From: Podarcis vaucheri
Lineage: Eukaryota
Length of the DNA: 64,000 nt
Strand: one strand, 5' to 3'
Assembly: GCA_965113315.1 (NCBI GenBank)
Contig: OZ220367.1
The notes beneath the pieces are model-generated. The model did not search any database and was not told where the DNA came from. It saw only the letters and a program-made list of their open reading frames with translations. Made by a program: the position numbers and the translations under genes. This document shows, piece by piece, positions 35,931 to 49,115 of the stretch. The first letter of the stretch is position 1; every line of letters begins with the position of its first letter.

Positions 35931-38900
35931 GTATACTTGCATTTTGTGAGCAAGCAGGTACTGGGCAGAAGGGTGAATGAGCAGCAAAGCATTTGATGAC
36001 AGAACTATGTGTGCCACATTCCTTACCCAATGCTCCTAAGCTAACCTGCTCTTCTCAAATGTTGTGGAGGATACTATCGTACTGCCAGTCTTGAAGCTAG
36101 ATTCAACTGAGTCCAGTTGGCTTCTGTCTGCAGAATGGAGGTGGTCATGTTGTTCTTTACCTCAGGTAGCAAACTATCTTTGGCTAGAATTGCCTCCAAA
36201 TGTTACAGCATATCACAACAACTCAACCAGTGTCAAGAAGCTTCCTCACACTGCCCTTTTGGCCTCTTTCTCCCACTTCTGAATGCTCCATTTCTGTGAC
36301 ACCTCCAACCCTAAACTGTATCTCTCCCCTTAGGTGTTGTTGTAACCCTCTAAGCAGGACTTCTTCTCTTTAAAGCACGGTGCATTTCTGTCCTCATATT
36401 GATGTATTCCAAGCAGCGTGTAGACTTGTGAGAACTGCTTGTGAGCAAAATCTTCCTGCGGGGCTTACAGACTATAGGTTGTGGCATTTCTTCTTCAACC
36501 AGATTTGTAAGGCCTGTTTGGAATACTGGCGAGATAAGACTTTGAGTGCAATCTTGAGAAAATGTCTTTTCTTTGCCTGTTCTGACACAGGACTGAATAT
36601 TACAAACTCAGCCCAAGCTTTTGAAGCATGCAGAAGAGACCCAAGGGCTTATTCACATAGCCCAAAACCAAAGGAACGTTTGTGGTTTCTTGTCTAGAAT
36701 TCCAGAGTGCTTCGGCCACACATCCCTGCAGACTATCTTGATTCTTTCACAGGTGTCTGTGAATGGTGTTTGTACCTCAAAGTCAACTCCTTGGGGTCAC
36801 TGTTCCATGGTCACTTATCCTGGAACACATGAGCGAAATCCTCAGAATTACAAATGAGAATTAACAAGACTGAAAGACCCACTACTACAACATAAAACTC
36901 ACCCCTTCATCATGCACATCAACCGATCACAAGTACCCTCTGGTCAATCTAAAGTGTAGCTTTTTGCACTTCTGTTACTGAAGCCTCACATTGGCCACCA
37001 AAGTTTTACTGACATTGTCCAAACAAATAATTTGAAACAAAACCATACACTTTGCAACAATCCAAGTAACAGCTCCCTGAATTACACCCTATGCTTCACA
37101 GAGAATGCTGAATACAGAGGAGGATTTTACAAATCCCCCATGAATGCCCTGCAATAACTCTTCAAGAGGCATGATTCTAAAAGTCATATTTTATGCAGTT
37201 AGAAGTGTAGTTCTCAAAAAAAAAAAGGCAGCTAAGAGCCAAATCAAAAGAGGATTATCTGTTAGAAAATATTTTTCAAATATTTTTCAGTGTGAAACAG
37301 TAAAACCACCAATGGGGAAACACGCACGCACAAAAATCCCTGCATTTTTATGTCCTGAAAATAAATATACCAGCACACTACTCAGTTTTATTGCTACCAA
37401 CATTATTATAGTCATGATATTATCATTCCCCCTTTCCAAAATCTAGCTGATGTGTTTAAGGCAGTCATTCCGAACTGTTTGCTATGGGAGAATTGCTTGC
37501 ATGGCACAATAAAAAAAAAAATACAAATAAAGGTGTCTGTGAGTCCAATATGCCCACCCACAGAGGAGGCTACCCACTCAGTCACTGCATGACTGACTGC
37601 TCTGGTGTTTCCTTCTTGCCTCCACAGGCACAAGTAATTCTGCCCACATGCCTGCCTCACATCTGATTGAACGATCCTATCTATCTACCATACTCCTGAT
37701 GCAGGGGAGCAACAAAATGACCTGCCTTGGAGAAGGTTGACCAGGAAGGGAACTCATGCAAAAATCTAGGAGTAGGCTCCTCTGAGTGCAAGTTTATTCT
37801 TTCACAGGCTAAAACTAAATATTTTGAGGTATAAATGAGAAGTGTGCCTCTTATTTTATTTTGGGGGGTGGGGTGGTAAGGAGGGAAGTCTGCCTCTGCT
37901 ATTAGAAGTTTAAGAGAAACTTTATTATATCTCATCAGTTTCATTGGTTTCTGTTTCCTTAGCCCTGCAGATCATTTGCAACTAAGCGAACAAGAGAAAG
38001 CCCATTGATGTGAAAGAGAAAACACTAGCGACCTTCAACAATAAAGCTTGGCTACTGCCCCTCAGTAAGCCAAACAGCACAAGATGGGAGATTGGGCAGC
38101 CCCTCAGAATGTTCTAATACGAGCACTGCTCAAAAAACACATCAGCAAGCTTTCTAATGGCCAGACAAGATGACACAATAAATTTATATGCACATCTAAT
38201 ATATCTGTTTTTTATTTAAAAACTGGATTTGATTGTCAGTCAGGCAGAGCCACAATTTGATTCAGGTGCGTGTGTGTGGGCGCACGCACGTGCACACACA
38301 CAGGAGAGAGAGAGAAGGGTTTGGATGTCCTGATACTCCGTATCAAATTCCAAGAAAGGGATTATCAATTATTTCAAGAGGAATTGCATCACTTCTGTGC
38401 TAAACCTAATCAGTTGAGAAAATGTAGTAGTTGTCTTTTGTATGCATAATTTTCCCACAAGCACTTTAAGAACTTGTATCACAGTTCAGCACGTTGAGAT
38501 GTATAAATAACACCATGATATGCTTTAGTGAAATGAAAATGGAAAAAAATGTTCCAAAGGATTTTAATGTCTTCATACTACTTAAATGTAAGAAAATTTT
38601 ACATCCATTTGCATTGCATCCATATTTTAACTGATGAAGATGGGAGAGTTAATGTATCTTCAGATTTACCTGCATTTTCTCATTAACTACACACACATAC
38701 AAAAAAACCCCCCTACTCTTCTCAAAAAGATAATCTGAAAACAGAAATATCACATTTACACTTGGGCAGAATGCCTCAAAATTATTTTAGAGCACCATGG
38801 CATAATAATGACAGGCTTTGGTGAAAATAAACTTCTGATTTCACATTCTTCCAGTTTAAAAAATACAAATATACTTGATATATATTACTTAATACTGTAC

Positions 38901-39347
38901 CTACAAGACCAAAGTTTATGAAAGAGTTAAAGGTTAAAGGCCTTTTCCACTATAGTTATAGAATGAAATCCACAAAGGGGCAAATCCATGAACTTTTATT
39001 TTTATTTTAAGGGAGTAAATATGCAAGAGGCCAAGTTTATATTTATTTAGATTGGCTTTGGTATATTTTTATACTGCTGCCATTTCAATTCTGAACATTG
39101 AAAGAGTTTGAATATAAAAAGCAGTGCTTTCTGCCCTACCATCTCAATCTGAAGTTCTGCATTTTAGCCTTTAGAACCATACCAAAGGCAACAACCAAGG
39201 TTGGGTTCACAATTCTTTGCTATCTTGAAAAATAACAAGTATTCAACAGGTATCCAACAAGTATTCAACAAGGCCAACAAGTATCTCATTTTCACACCAA
39301 CATACTTTCAAGATTCAGACTTCATGTCACAAGGAATTGGGGTAGAG

Positions 39348-39574
39348 CAGGACTTTCCAAACTTTTCATGTTAGTTGCACACTTTTTAGACATGCATCAT
39401 TTCACGACACAGTTATTCAGTTTTGCATCATTTCACAACAGTTTTACTAGCAAACCAGAGATAAAACTAACCCCTTTCCAGCCCTAGGAGGATTGTGGGG
39501 AGCATTCACGTGACACACCTATACACTGCAGCCGGCATACTAATGTGTCGCGACACATAGTTTGGAAAGTTCTG
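39348..39574. mobile_element. hAT MITE with 16-bp TIR and perfect 8-bp TSD
   Basis: TIR CAGGACTTTCCAAACT / AGTTTGGAAAGTTCTG (15/16); GGGTAGAG at 39340-39347 and 39575-39582. Confidence 0.92.
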
Positions 39575-39599
39575 GGGTAGAGGAATAACAGCAACAGAG

Positions 39600-39945
39600 A
39601 CATGGACCCAAACCATGGAGTCCACGGTTTAGCATGAAATTGCATGCTGGTTCCTGTGCAGCCACTTTGCCCCTTCTTTGGTCCTGTTGCTAAACCATAG
39701 TTTGCCATGTTGTCCAAACCCAGGCTTCTGGTTTGTCTTGCTCTAATCAAACCATAAGCAAATAAAAATAAACCTTAGTTACAATTTGCCTGGTACGAAA
39801 CGAACCGGAAGCCCAGATTCAGCTTACACATTAAGTCAAACCATGGCTTATGCAGCAGCAGCACAGGAGGAGGAGCCAAGCTGCTGCATCCTTCCCTCTA
39901 GGCATCCATGTGTTTGCACTAAGCCATGGTTTAGCTTAGCACTAC
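39600..39945. mobile_element. AAACCATGGTTT-motif repeat (old non-autonomous DNA transposon-like)
   Basis: At least five aaaccat/ccatggttt variants in 350 bp. Confidence 0.55.
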
Positions 39946-42265
39946 TGAGTCATTGCTCAACCTTTCTCTTTGGTGCTGTTTCAGCGTTAACTACCCTTAA
40001 ACTGCTTTTCCATCCTTAGAGAGCAATATATCTCTCTCACCCAGATGGAAAAAGCAGTTCTGAAAGAGGAAAAATAAATAGTAGGGGAAAGAGTTAAGCA
40101 GTCTCTCTCTGCCTATCATTTTTCTGCCATGACTTGCAGCCTGTCCAGGCTGATTACGCTTTTTTTAAAAAATGGGGGGGGGGGGGACGCTGCCAACTCC
40201 ATGTAACGTGGACACCCAAGTGTCCTGCATTTTCTATAAACTATCCCATGGTGCAGTTCTTCAGGTTATAATGCAGCTCCCAGCATCTTTCTTTCCTTGT
40301 TTGATTAGGATTTAGGCTGTGCTGACAGATTATCTTTGGAAAGACCCCTCGCTGTGCCAAAAAGGACAAGTTAAGCAAAGGATTAACCAATAGGCTCTCC
40401 CTAATGCAGTCAAACTGTCACCAAGATCAAAGGCTTTCACAAGAGACAGAAAGTAATTTAGGCAAGTGTCCTTCGATAAATTAATGCAAAAGAAAATGAA
40501 CAATCAAATCGTGCCCCAGTGAAAAAGGATATAGCATTCTGCTTTCACTTCTCTGAAAGCAGTCTTTGTATGAAAAAAACAAACCCAAAAACGTTTTAAA
40601 TCCTTGATTTATATTTCTTCTTGGCATGTCTCTTGAAAATAAAAGTGTATAACAAACTATTCTAAAACTTAGATGAAAATGTTTTGCTGCACCCCAAAGA
40701 AAGAAAATTACTGAACTTCTTTCCCCATTACCTTCCCCTGACCTGTTTATTAACACATTGAAATCTAATCTGAGAATTCTAATAATATGATTCCACTTTG
40801 AAGTTACAACACCAACTGGGCTGGGAAATACAATTTGGAAGGCAAGAGGTCATGCACACTATGTTTTGCTTCTTACGCATATCATCTGTTACTGTCACAG
40901 AGAGCCACAATCATGGAAATGTGTTAAGAGTTTAAGAGGACACAACCCAAGCTTAACCTTCCTTTGTGAGTGATGCATCAGTATAACCCTCTGCAGGGAG
41001 GATTATTCACGAGCCAGGAACCGAAGCAGCCTACACCTACTGTAGCTGTTGCACCAGTTTGCAAAAGAAAAAAAAAAAGTATTAATAGTGTTGTCTGCCT
41101 TCAAATATCATATTCAGCCTTGAGTTCTACACAGCTAGCCCAAGGGAGTGAGCTGTACCCTGCTACTTATGGTGTTCTTTGATGATGCCAGGGGCCAATA
41201 TAAGAGCTCCCTTCTCCAGCTTTTCACATAACTGAACTGTTAGTAACCTCAGAGTTGGGTCAAAATGCTTCTCAAAAGAAGAAGAAACCAATATTGCCTC
41301 AATCAACAAAACTAGATGGATAAGTGTACATAAACATTTAATGGGAATAGAACAAATGTGCAAACTAAACTAAAATACCTATATGTACTCAACAGAGAGT
41401 AGATATCATGGATAAACCTGATACTGTATGGTACATATCTAAAAATATTTTTATATCAAAGGCAATCGGAAGCCCAAACATATTTGAATCTCAAAAGGTA
41501 ATATTCAGCAGTAAATTATACAACAATTAAAAACCTTCAACTCTCTACCTCAATTTGGTTCCTCAATTTAGGAAGGCTCCCATGGTCACAATTTTTAAAA
41601 TTCTAATTTAGAGAAACATTCCCATGAACAAACATTCTCTCTTTTCCCATACAAACAATAAAGTTAATTCAGAAAGTAGATAAGAAAACAAATATATATC
41701 AAAGCTAACAAATCTCAGGTAAAGCAAACATCTTAAAGTTCAGGGCAGCAGGCCCCAAATCTCACTGGTGGAGGAACAAGGCATACCAAAGGATTGAAAT
41801 TAACACCAATTATATTCAAAGTGTTATCACACACACCTGCAAAAATAGTGAAATACAGTACTGTTTTGCTAATACCCATTAGTAACACAACCCAATTTAG
41901 CTACTATTATAACTAAAAAAAAAAAAAATCAATCCCAGGTTCTGCCAAACTGCATGTTTCTCTTTGCTTCTGCTCTGTGTCTTATTGGGGACTTGTGTAC
42001 TCCAATTAGTGCCAGAGACAGAGCTGAACAACAGCTGGCTTTGATATGTCAAAAGACAATATCCATTGCTCCTTCAACCCAGCATGCCTTGCTGCACCCT
42101 AAGATCTTTTTGCATCAGGCACAGTCTAACCTGATTAAGTGTCTGCATGAGACTTTCACCATTGCATCTTAAAGCTACTGCAAACTGCAAGCTCAGACTT
42201 TCTATCACCCTATCTCCCCTCCAGCTTGAATACTGTTATTGAATTAGGGAAGAGGGGAGTATCCA

Positions 42266-42352
42266 ACCTAAAGAAGAGTTCTGGTGAACTCAAAAGCTTG
42301 CCTACTCATTTGTGACCATTTTTCCTTGGTCCTAGGTAAAATAATTATACTA
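42266..42352 (+). mobile_element. Penelope-like terminal fragment
   Basis: cctaaagaagagttctggtgaactcaaaagcttg...ttggtcc. Confidence 0.55.
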
Positions 42353-43789
42353 TGATTGTTGTCATATGGGCACAATACTGTATCCAGTACAGATTATTCT
42401 AAAGCACAAATGGGGAACCACCAGACCACAGCCTAAATGCAGCCCACGAGGCCCTACTGCCTCCCGTCAGCCTTGCCCCCTCCTTGGCGTGCAACATGAG
42501 CTGCAAAGCCCCGCTGCTCATCTGATCAATACGAACAGCTGAGAAGCAATGGAAAGGGGCAGGGCTGCTGAACTGCTCCCCACCAGGTACTGGGTGAGGC
42601 AAAAGTTTAAGCCTTCCCTCCCTTCTGCTCTTGATGGCCAATCACCTCATTCCAACCTATGCTGCTATAATATAGCTTAGGAAGAAGAAAATAGTAGCCT
42701 AAAGGTGGTCATGAAGACTGCAGGGAGAGAAGGGTTAAACCTCATCTATTATTCCCCTCACACTACTCAGATCATCAGCCAGAAACAGTTGAGAGGCGAG
42801 GAAGAGGTGGAGTGACTAAAAGAACCCACTGCTTATGTGAGCACCAGGATTACTGATCAGTGAGAAACAGCTCAACAGCAAGGAAAGGGGAGCTGTTTGC
42901 AGCCCAATTTGCTTTTCTCTGCTGCTGCCCACCGCCCTTCAGGTGATGAGCTATCATTTCCCCTTACCTCTGGTGATCCCAACTATTGAGAATCAAGTCT
43001 CCTGCTATCTGCATAGTTCTATTCCAGGTTCTGTTCCTCACGGCCATGTTAAGAGAATGTGACTCAAGCGGCTGGCTATATGATTTCCCCATTTTGCAAT
43101 ATTGTATGATTTGTATAATAGAACAGAATGGTTTCGTTTTAACAGCAGCCTCTTGAAGAAGAAAAAACTCATTTTCTCCTGTGGGAGGGACATATGGCCT
43201 CATGTGAGAAAAGCAACATGCCTAAGTTATTATTGCATGGAAGGCAATCTGTCAAACTCTGGCCGGTTTTGGCATGGTGAATACCACTGGTGAGATCAGA
43301 GAGTCAGATTCTGCTTGCAATTACTGCTGAAGGACCTTGGATACAGCCTGCCTGTTATCAATTAGTCCCTTGGCCTCAGACACTTGGACTTGTCAAGTTC
43401 CTGGTGTCTTCTGTTTTGTAACAGTGAAAGAGAAGGCTCCCCATGACTAGTTCTTGGGGGGGGGGAGGCGGAATTTCATGTGTTGAGTCATTAACAATCC
43501 AATTAAAAATTTGCAATGCATTATGTGTGCTTGGTTCCTTGTGAACAGAAATCTACGGCAGAATTTCTTGAAAAGTCTGACTATGGAAGGCATTCATTTG
43601 AATGGGGCTCATGCAGACAAATGTTAAGTCTGCATGAGTATTCCAAAATACTCTGCAAAGTATTCCAGTGCAAATTGAATCTCCTTATTCACTTTGTTCG
43701 GAAGGCCAAGTCTCCTATTTTTTTGCGTGTTGTTGTTGTTGTTCAAATAAATTGTTCCTACGCATGTCCTCTTCAGTTTCATTATGCAG

Positions 43790-44730
43790 AGGCAGCGGAA
43801 AACTGAGCGTTGTCAGACATACATTCTGAACCAATACTGATTTCAAAAAGTTTAAGGAACTACTGGATGAGATCCCAAGGTCAGAAATACTCAAAGAAGG
43901 GGGCATGGCCACAAAGATAAGAACATGGCCACTTAAATTCTGAGCCATAGATGTCAACTTTCAGATTTGAAAATAACGGATCAGCAGCCTCGAAAATAAG
44001 GGATCAGCAGCCTCACCTGTCCAGGGGCCAGTCTACGGGATAGCAGTGGGAAGCAGTGGGAAACGGTGCTAGAATAAGGGAATTTCTCGCCAAAAAAGGG
44101 AAGGTTGACAGCTATGTTCTGAGCTCTGCTCCAAGGCCCAGAAAAACAGCTTGGAGCAAAGGCTCCTGCTAACCAGAAAAAATCCCCAAACCTTGAGGAA
44201 AGGAGAGGGGAACGCAAAAGCATTCAGAAAAGTTGAAAATAAAAGACCTCATTCAATTCTTCCTGTCCAGAGACAGAAGGCTCACTTCAACAAGGAAACT
44301 AATGCATGCCGCAGCCAAGATGGCACTGCCCTCAAAAGAGGCCTCTTCCTCACTGGTGAAAGAAAATGGTAACAGTATTTTAATAGAAAACTTTGCAGCT
44401 ATAGCAACAAAAGACTTAAGCCAAATCCATGACAAAAAGATGAAAGAATTAATAAAAGAAAATAAAGGTACACACAACAAGTTTGAAAATGCAGAAAATC
44501 AAAATAGGGTAATTAATTTACAATTTTATTTTTTTGAAGAGGGAGTGGAATAGAATGGTCCTAAACAATTTGTTGCCTTATGACTTAAATCACTGCTTCC
44601 AGACCTCATAATCTCTGCTGATGATTTTGAATGGGCACACAGAACACCTGGACCCAAACTGAGGAGCTTCATCCCATGATATAATTGTCTGCTTTGCCCA
44701 TTATAGGAAACAGGCAGAAGTGTGGAACAA
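43790..44730 (+). mobile_element. Decayed L1 5' region and ORF1 (coiled-coil and RRM motifs)
   Basis: KKMKELIKENK..ENQNRVINLQF..EE, then LKSLLPDL..DFEWAHR..and frameshifted DIIVCF, matching L1 ORF1p RRNNLR / IERAHR / PRDII motifs; stops and frameshifts present. Confidence 0.7.
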
Positions 44731-47129
44731 ACTGAGGACTCTAATATCCCTAACTTATACTTTTAGTAAATAATTTGGTGTTATATTACAAATATAAATA
44801 TATTACGAATATAAAACTTCCAAAAAGCAGATAAGGGTAAGGAAGCTTTATAGGTAGCAACATTTAACAACAACAAAAGGTTAAGATTTGAGGCCGGCAG
44901 TACTTCAGGCTTTCATCAAAGTAAGCATTTCCTGGGCTCTTGGTGCAAATAGCCTTTTTATGTTCTTGGTCCACCAGCAATTCAATAGCAACCACCACCA
45001 CTCCAAAGAAAAAGCAACCCTTTTGATAAGGTAAAGAGGTAAGTGTGAAGATTGCTTTCAGGAGGCCAATTGCCCTGACCATGTCCAGGACATTCCAGAA
45101 ACAAATGTCATTTTATTTTAAGAAACCAGTATTTAAGGGTGTGCCATCTCTACCCTTATTAATGTACAGAATTGCAATATTCTCAAGAGTTTAATACTAG
45201 TGCTAGGCAGTGAAAATGGCAAGCTCCACATTTCACCCAAAGTACACTGCGTTGCACAGCATCTTCAACAGCAAAGGCACCGGGAACACTGTGTAATGCC
45301 TTCGTGAAAGTTAACTATATCCTGGGGTTTAACTTTCAAACCACGTGAAAGGTTTAGAAGCAGATTTTGAAGAAAATTAAAAAGTTTTAGTGTGAAGGCT
45401 TGTTAAGGCAGCTTTCCCTTTAAACTTTCAATGGGTTTAGTCATGCAGGAAGAAGAGTCTTTAAAGTTACCAAAGACTTTGTTGAAAGCCCAAGAAAATG
45501 TGAACTGCCAGAATCCTTTGTGTGGATTTTGCAGCTTAAAATCCAGTCCCTGGTACATCTGTGACCCTCAGTCTATACTCTAACCATCTGGTTTCTTTCT
45601 GAAATAAATAATAATCATTCTTTTTTAAAAAATCAGGATTAGGGGTTGATTTTCCTTCTAGGCAAACACAGCATGCAACCAGTGGCAGGAGAAAATTAAT
45701 ACTTCTCCCTCACCATCATATTTACCAGAATAGCCATCTTCCATATACAAATACATACTAAGCACCAGCAAAGGTCACGGAGGGTGAAGAACTAAAGGGA
45801 CTTGCCCAAAGAGTATCACACACAGAAGCTGAAGTGTCACACATTCCAAGGCAAGAATGATTTGTATGTAAATCCTGATCAAAAGGAATCCTGCACCCTG
45901 ATGTTGTCAGGCTTTGCTACCAAACTGACACTTAAATGGGCTACAGCAAAACTTGATTTAAAACTGAATAATTAAAAGACATGGCAAGCCAATTGCTCAC
46001 ATGAAGATCAGATCTGGCAGTTCAGGTCAACCCTCTCACCCTGCCGTTTGTCAATGCCCAACATTTCAAACAAATATGTATTCTTCTTACAATGCTGAAA
46101 GCTCATTTCCTTTAGCTCTCCACCATTCATTACTTTAAAAGAAATTTTAGTACAGTGTTTCTAGACAACCTTTATAAATCTTTATTTCCAAATAGTCAAT
46201 ACCTGGAAGAGTTACTACACAGACTTTTAATTCATTATTTAATGTAAAGATGCTCTCTATCCAGTTTTTCCCCCTCAATGTTTTTATAAGTTTGCATCTT
46301 TCACAGAAACAATTTTTGCAATGAAAAAGCATTCATATGTGGAGGTTTTCATGTAAAATGTGGTGGAATAAACTGTTACAAATAAACTCTACCAAGTTGC
46401 GCAGGTTGTTCTTTTGATTATGGTCTGAATTAAGGAAATCTGCTTATCTATATAGATCCTGTCCCATGTCTCCAACCATTTTGGGCCCAAAAGCACATCC
46501 GGAATTTTTTTTTTGGGGGGGGGGAGTTGTGGGTTTAAGCACAGACTAGCTTCGAATCATAAAATGGCTGCTACAGGATCAGGGCCAGTCCCATGTTGTT
46601 GGGAGTACCTAGATTCTTTGACTTTCTTGCTTCTATCTCTTTGCCTGTTTTTTTTCCTCTCTCTCTCTCTCCCCCCCATCCCTCCCTCCCTCTCTCTCTC
46701 CTTCCCACTGCAATTTGACTTCTTTTTCATGAGACTAACCATGGGTCTGACCCCTGCACCACCCCAGCTTCTCTTCTCCTCTCCCATGCAAAAATGTAAC
46801 TCAGAAAGGGAAATCCCAGGGGTAATGAATGGCTGTGGCATGAGGAATCAACAGTAGAGAATGGTAAGGACAGGTCAGCATTCAACACTTTCGCTCGGGA
46901 ATATTTGAAAGATACTATTTCTCCAGACTTGATCATTACATTGGTTCTAGCACAAGAAGAAACAACTCCACATAAAATCTTCTCCAGCCACATGGTCTGT
47001 TACAGGAGAGGACTTCCACTCTGTTTTGTGGGCATTTCCATTACTTGAAATCTATTTTACATTGGCATCTAGCCCTATACCTTAGCCCTTCCTCCATCAA
47101 TTACATTATGTTGTTTATAAAATTGTGAC

Positions 47130-48700
47130 CCAATATGAAGCCCGCTCTGGATCCACTTGTTCCAAATGCCTAACTTTCCAGGGAAATTGCTTGAGAGAGT
47201 CATGTTGGGGCAACTGCAAGCATTATTAGACTATACTGATTGAGCTGACTCGAGTCTGAGTTTGAGTCTGATTTCAAGGCTAGTTTTGGAACTGAATCAA
47301 GTCTTAGGTGCCCTGATGATAACCTGTATTGAGAGTAAGATCAAGGGAGTGTGACTTTGTTTCTTCTTTATGTCCCTGCAGTTCTTGATACCATCAAACA
47401 TGGTATCCTCTTGGACCAACTCTGTGGACTGGGTATTGGTGGCAGTGTGGTCACATCCACACTATACATTTAAAACACTCTTATACTATTTCAAAAGCCA
47501 TGGGTTTCCCCAAAGAATCCTGGGAACTGTGGTTGGTTGAGGGCACTGGGAGTTGTTAGGAGAACCCTCACGGAGTTCTGATTCCCAGCACCCTTAAAAC
47601 TACTGTTCCAGGATTATTTTGAGGAAGCTTTAACTGTTCTAGTAGTATAATAATACTTCGATTGCATAGTATGGATGTGACCTGTGTCTCAGTGATTCCA
47701 ATCCTATCTGCAGAGAGTAGCATTTAGAGAAAGTGTACCTTGGCCCCTTTGCATTTATGTTATGGGCTTCCACAGGGCTCCCTGTTCTCTCCAATGCTAT
47801 AACACCAAAAGAAGGCATTGCGAGTGACCATTAGAGATTTGGGGGTCCTCCATAACATCTGAATCAGCTGTGGCTGTGCAAGCCCTGTACCGGTGCCTGG
47901 GCACAGCAATGACATTAAATGACATTAAACTGAGCTTGAATTCTTTGTAGAAGGAGGTTCCCATGCTAGTTGCCTGTTCTGGATGAGGTTGCACTCCATC
48001 TGAAAGAGCAGTCTGAAGTGTTCCTAGATTCATCTCTGTTGCCTGAGGTTCAGGTGCCTTCTGTGACTAGGAGTGTCTTTTACTAACTTAGATTGGTAAA
48101 ATAGCTTAGCTACAGTGATTCATGTACTGATAGATTTGTTAATAGGTTACTGCAATGTGCTCTGCATAGGACTGCTTTTAAGATTGGTCGAGAAGCTTCA
48201 GCTAGCACAGAATGTGGAAATTCATCTGTTGACAGAATACAGATTATCAGCAGCATATACTTTGTAACCTATGCTGAAAAACCTGCTAATACGTCACTGA
48301 GACAAATTTAAGGTTCTGTTATTAGTATACAATGCCCTGAACAACCTGAGGGACCATCTTGCACCATATATTCCTTTTCAATCACTACAATCATCAAAAG
48401 AAAAGGAACTATTAACAATGCCACATATTGTCCACTCCTGACTCCCTACCAGGAGCAGAGCACTCAGTGTATCAGCATCTAAGCTATGGAACTCCCTCCC
48501 AAACCATGTTAAGCAAGCTCATTCTGTATTACGTTTTAGATGCTTTCTAAAAATGCTATTGTTTAAGCAAGATTTCCCTAATGTTACGAGCGACGTACTA
48601 TTAGTTATTTGATAGACTGGACAGCTATAAATGTCTGGGTCTTATATTGTTTTATGTAACTTATGGGGGATTTATTTTGACTGAGCAACAAACAGGTAGA
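47130..48700 (+). mobile_element. Old L2 LINE ORF2 (RT region to 3' end), heavily decayed
   Basis: Remnants GKLLERV..QLQALL, SDFKASFGTE, DTIKHGILLDQL, GIGGSV..Q.FQSYL, GLPQGS, KLQLAQN, APKLWNSLP. Confidence 0.85.
47449..47682. mobile_element. Palindromic PIF/Harbinger-like MITE nested in the L2
   Basis: TIR GGTCACATCCACACTAT / ATAGTATGGATGTGACC; 3-bp TSD TGT. Confidence 0.8.
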
Positions 48701-48751
48701 ATAAATGTGGGAGAAGGGCAGAAAAAATGCTGTGACCCTTTGATGGAAGTA

Positions 48752-48975
48752 CAGTGGTACCTCTGGTTATGAACGCTTCTGGTTATGAATGCTTCAGGTT
48801 ATGAGCTCCGCTAACCCAGAAGTAGCTGCTCCTGGTTGCGAACTTCGCCCCAGAATGTGAACAGAAATCACACGCCGGAGGCCCCATTAGTGAAAGTACA
48901 CCTCCGGATAAGAACGGTTTCACCTTAAGAACGGACCTTTGTAATGAATTAAGTTTGCAACCAGAGGTACCACTG
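48752..48975. mobile_element. Tc1/mariner-superfamily MITE
   Basis: TA|CAGTGGTACCTCTGGTT...AACCAGAGGTACCACTG|TA. Confidence 0.92.
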
Positions 48976-48984
48976 TATATCGCA

Positions 48985-49115
48985 GTTTAGGGCATGGCCA
49001 GGGAATCAGTGGCCCTCCAGATGTTACTGAACTACAGCTTCAACCATCCCTGACCATTGGGCCATGGTGGCTGGGGCTGATGGGAGCTGGAATTCAACAA
49101 GTTCCCCATCTCTAG
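48985..49115. mobile_element. Palindromic hAT-like squamate MITE
   Basis: gtggccctccagatgtt.ctgaactaca..ccatccctgaccattgg.ccatg.tggctggggctgatgggag. Confidence 0.7.

Noticed and set aside
46500-46720. Promoter (YY1-like AAAATGGCTGC plus CT tract)
   Set aside because: No CpG island; a single motif in probable repeat-derived, low-complexity sequence.
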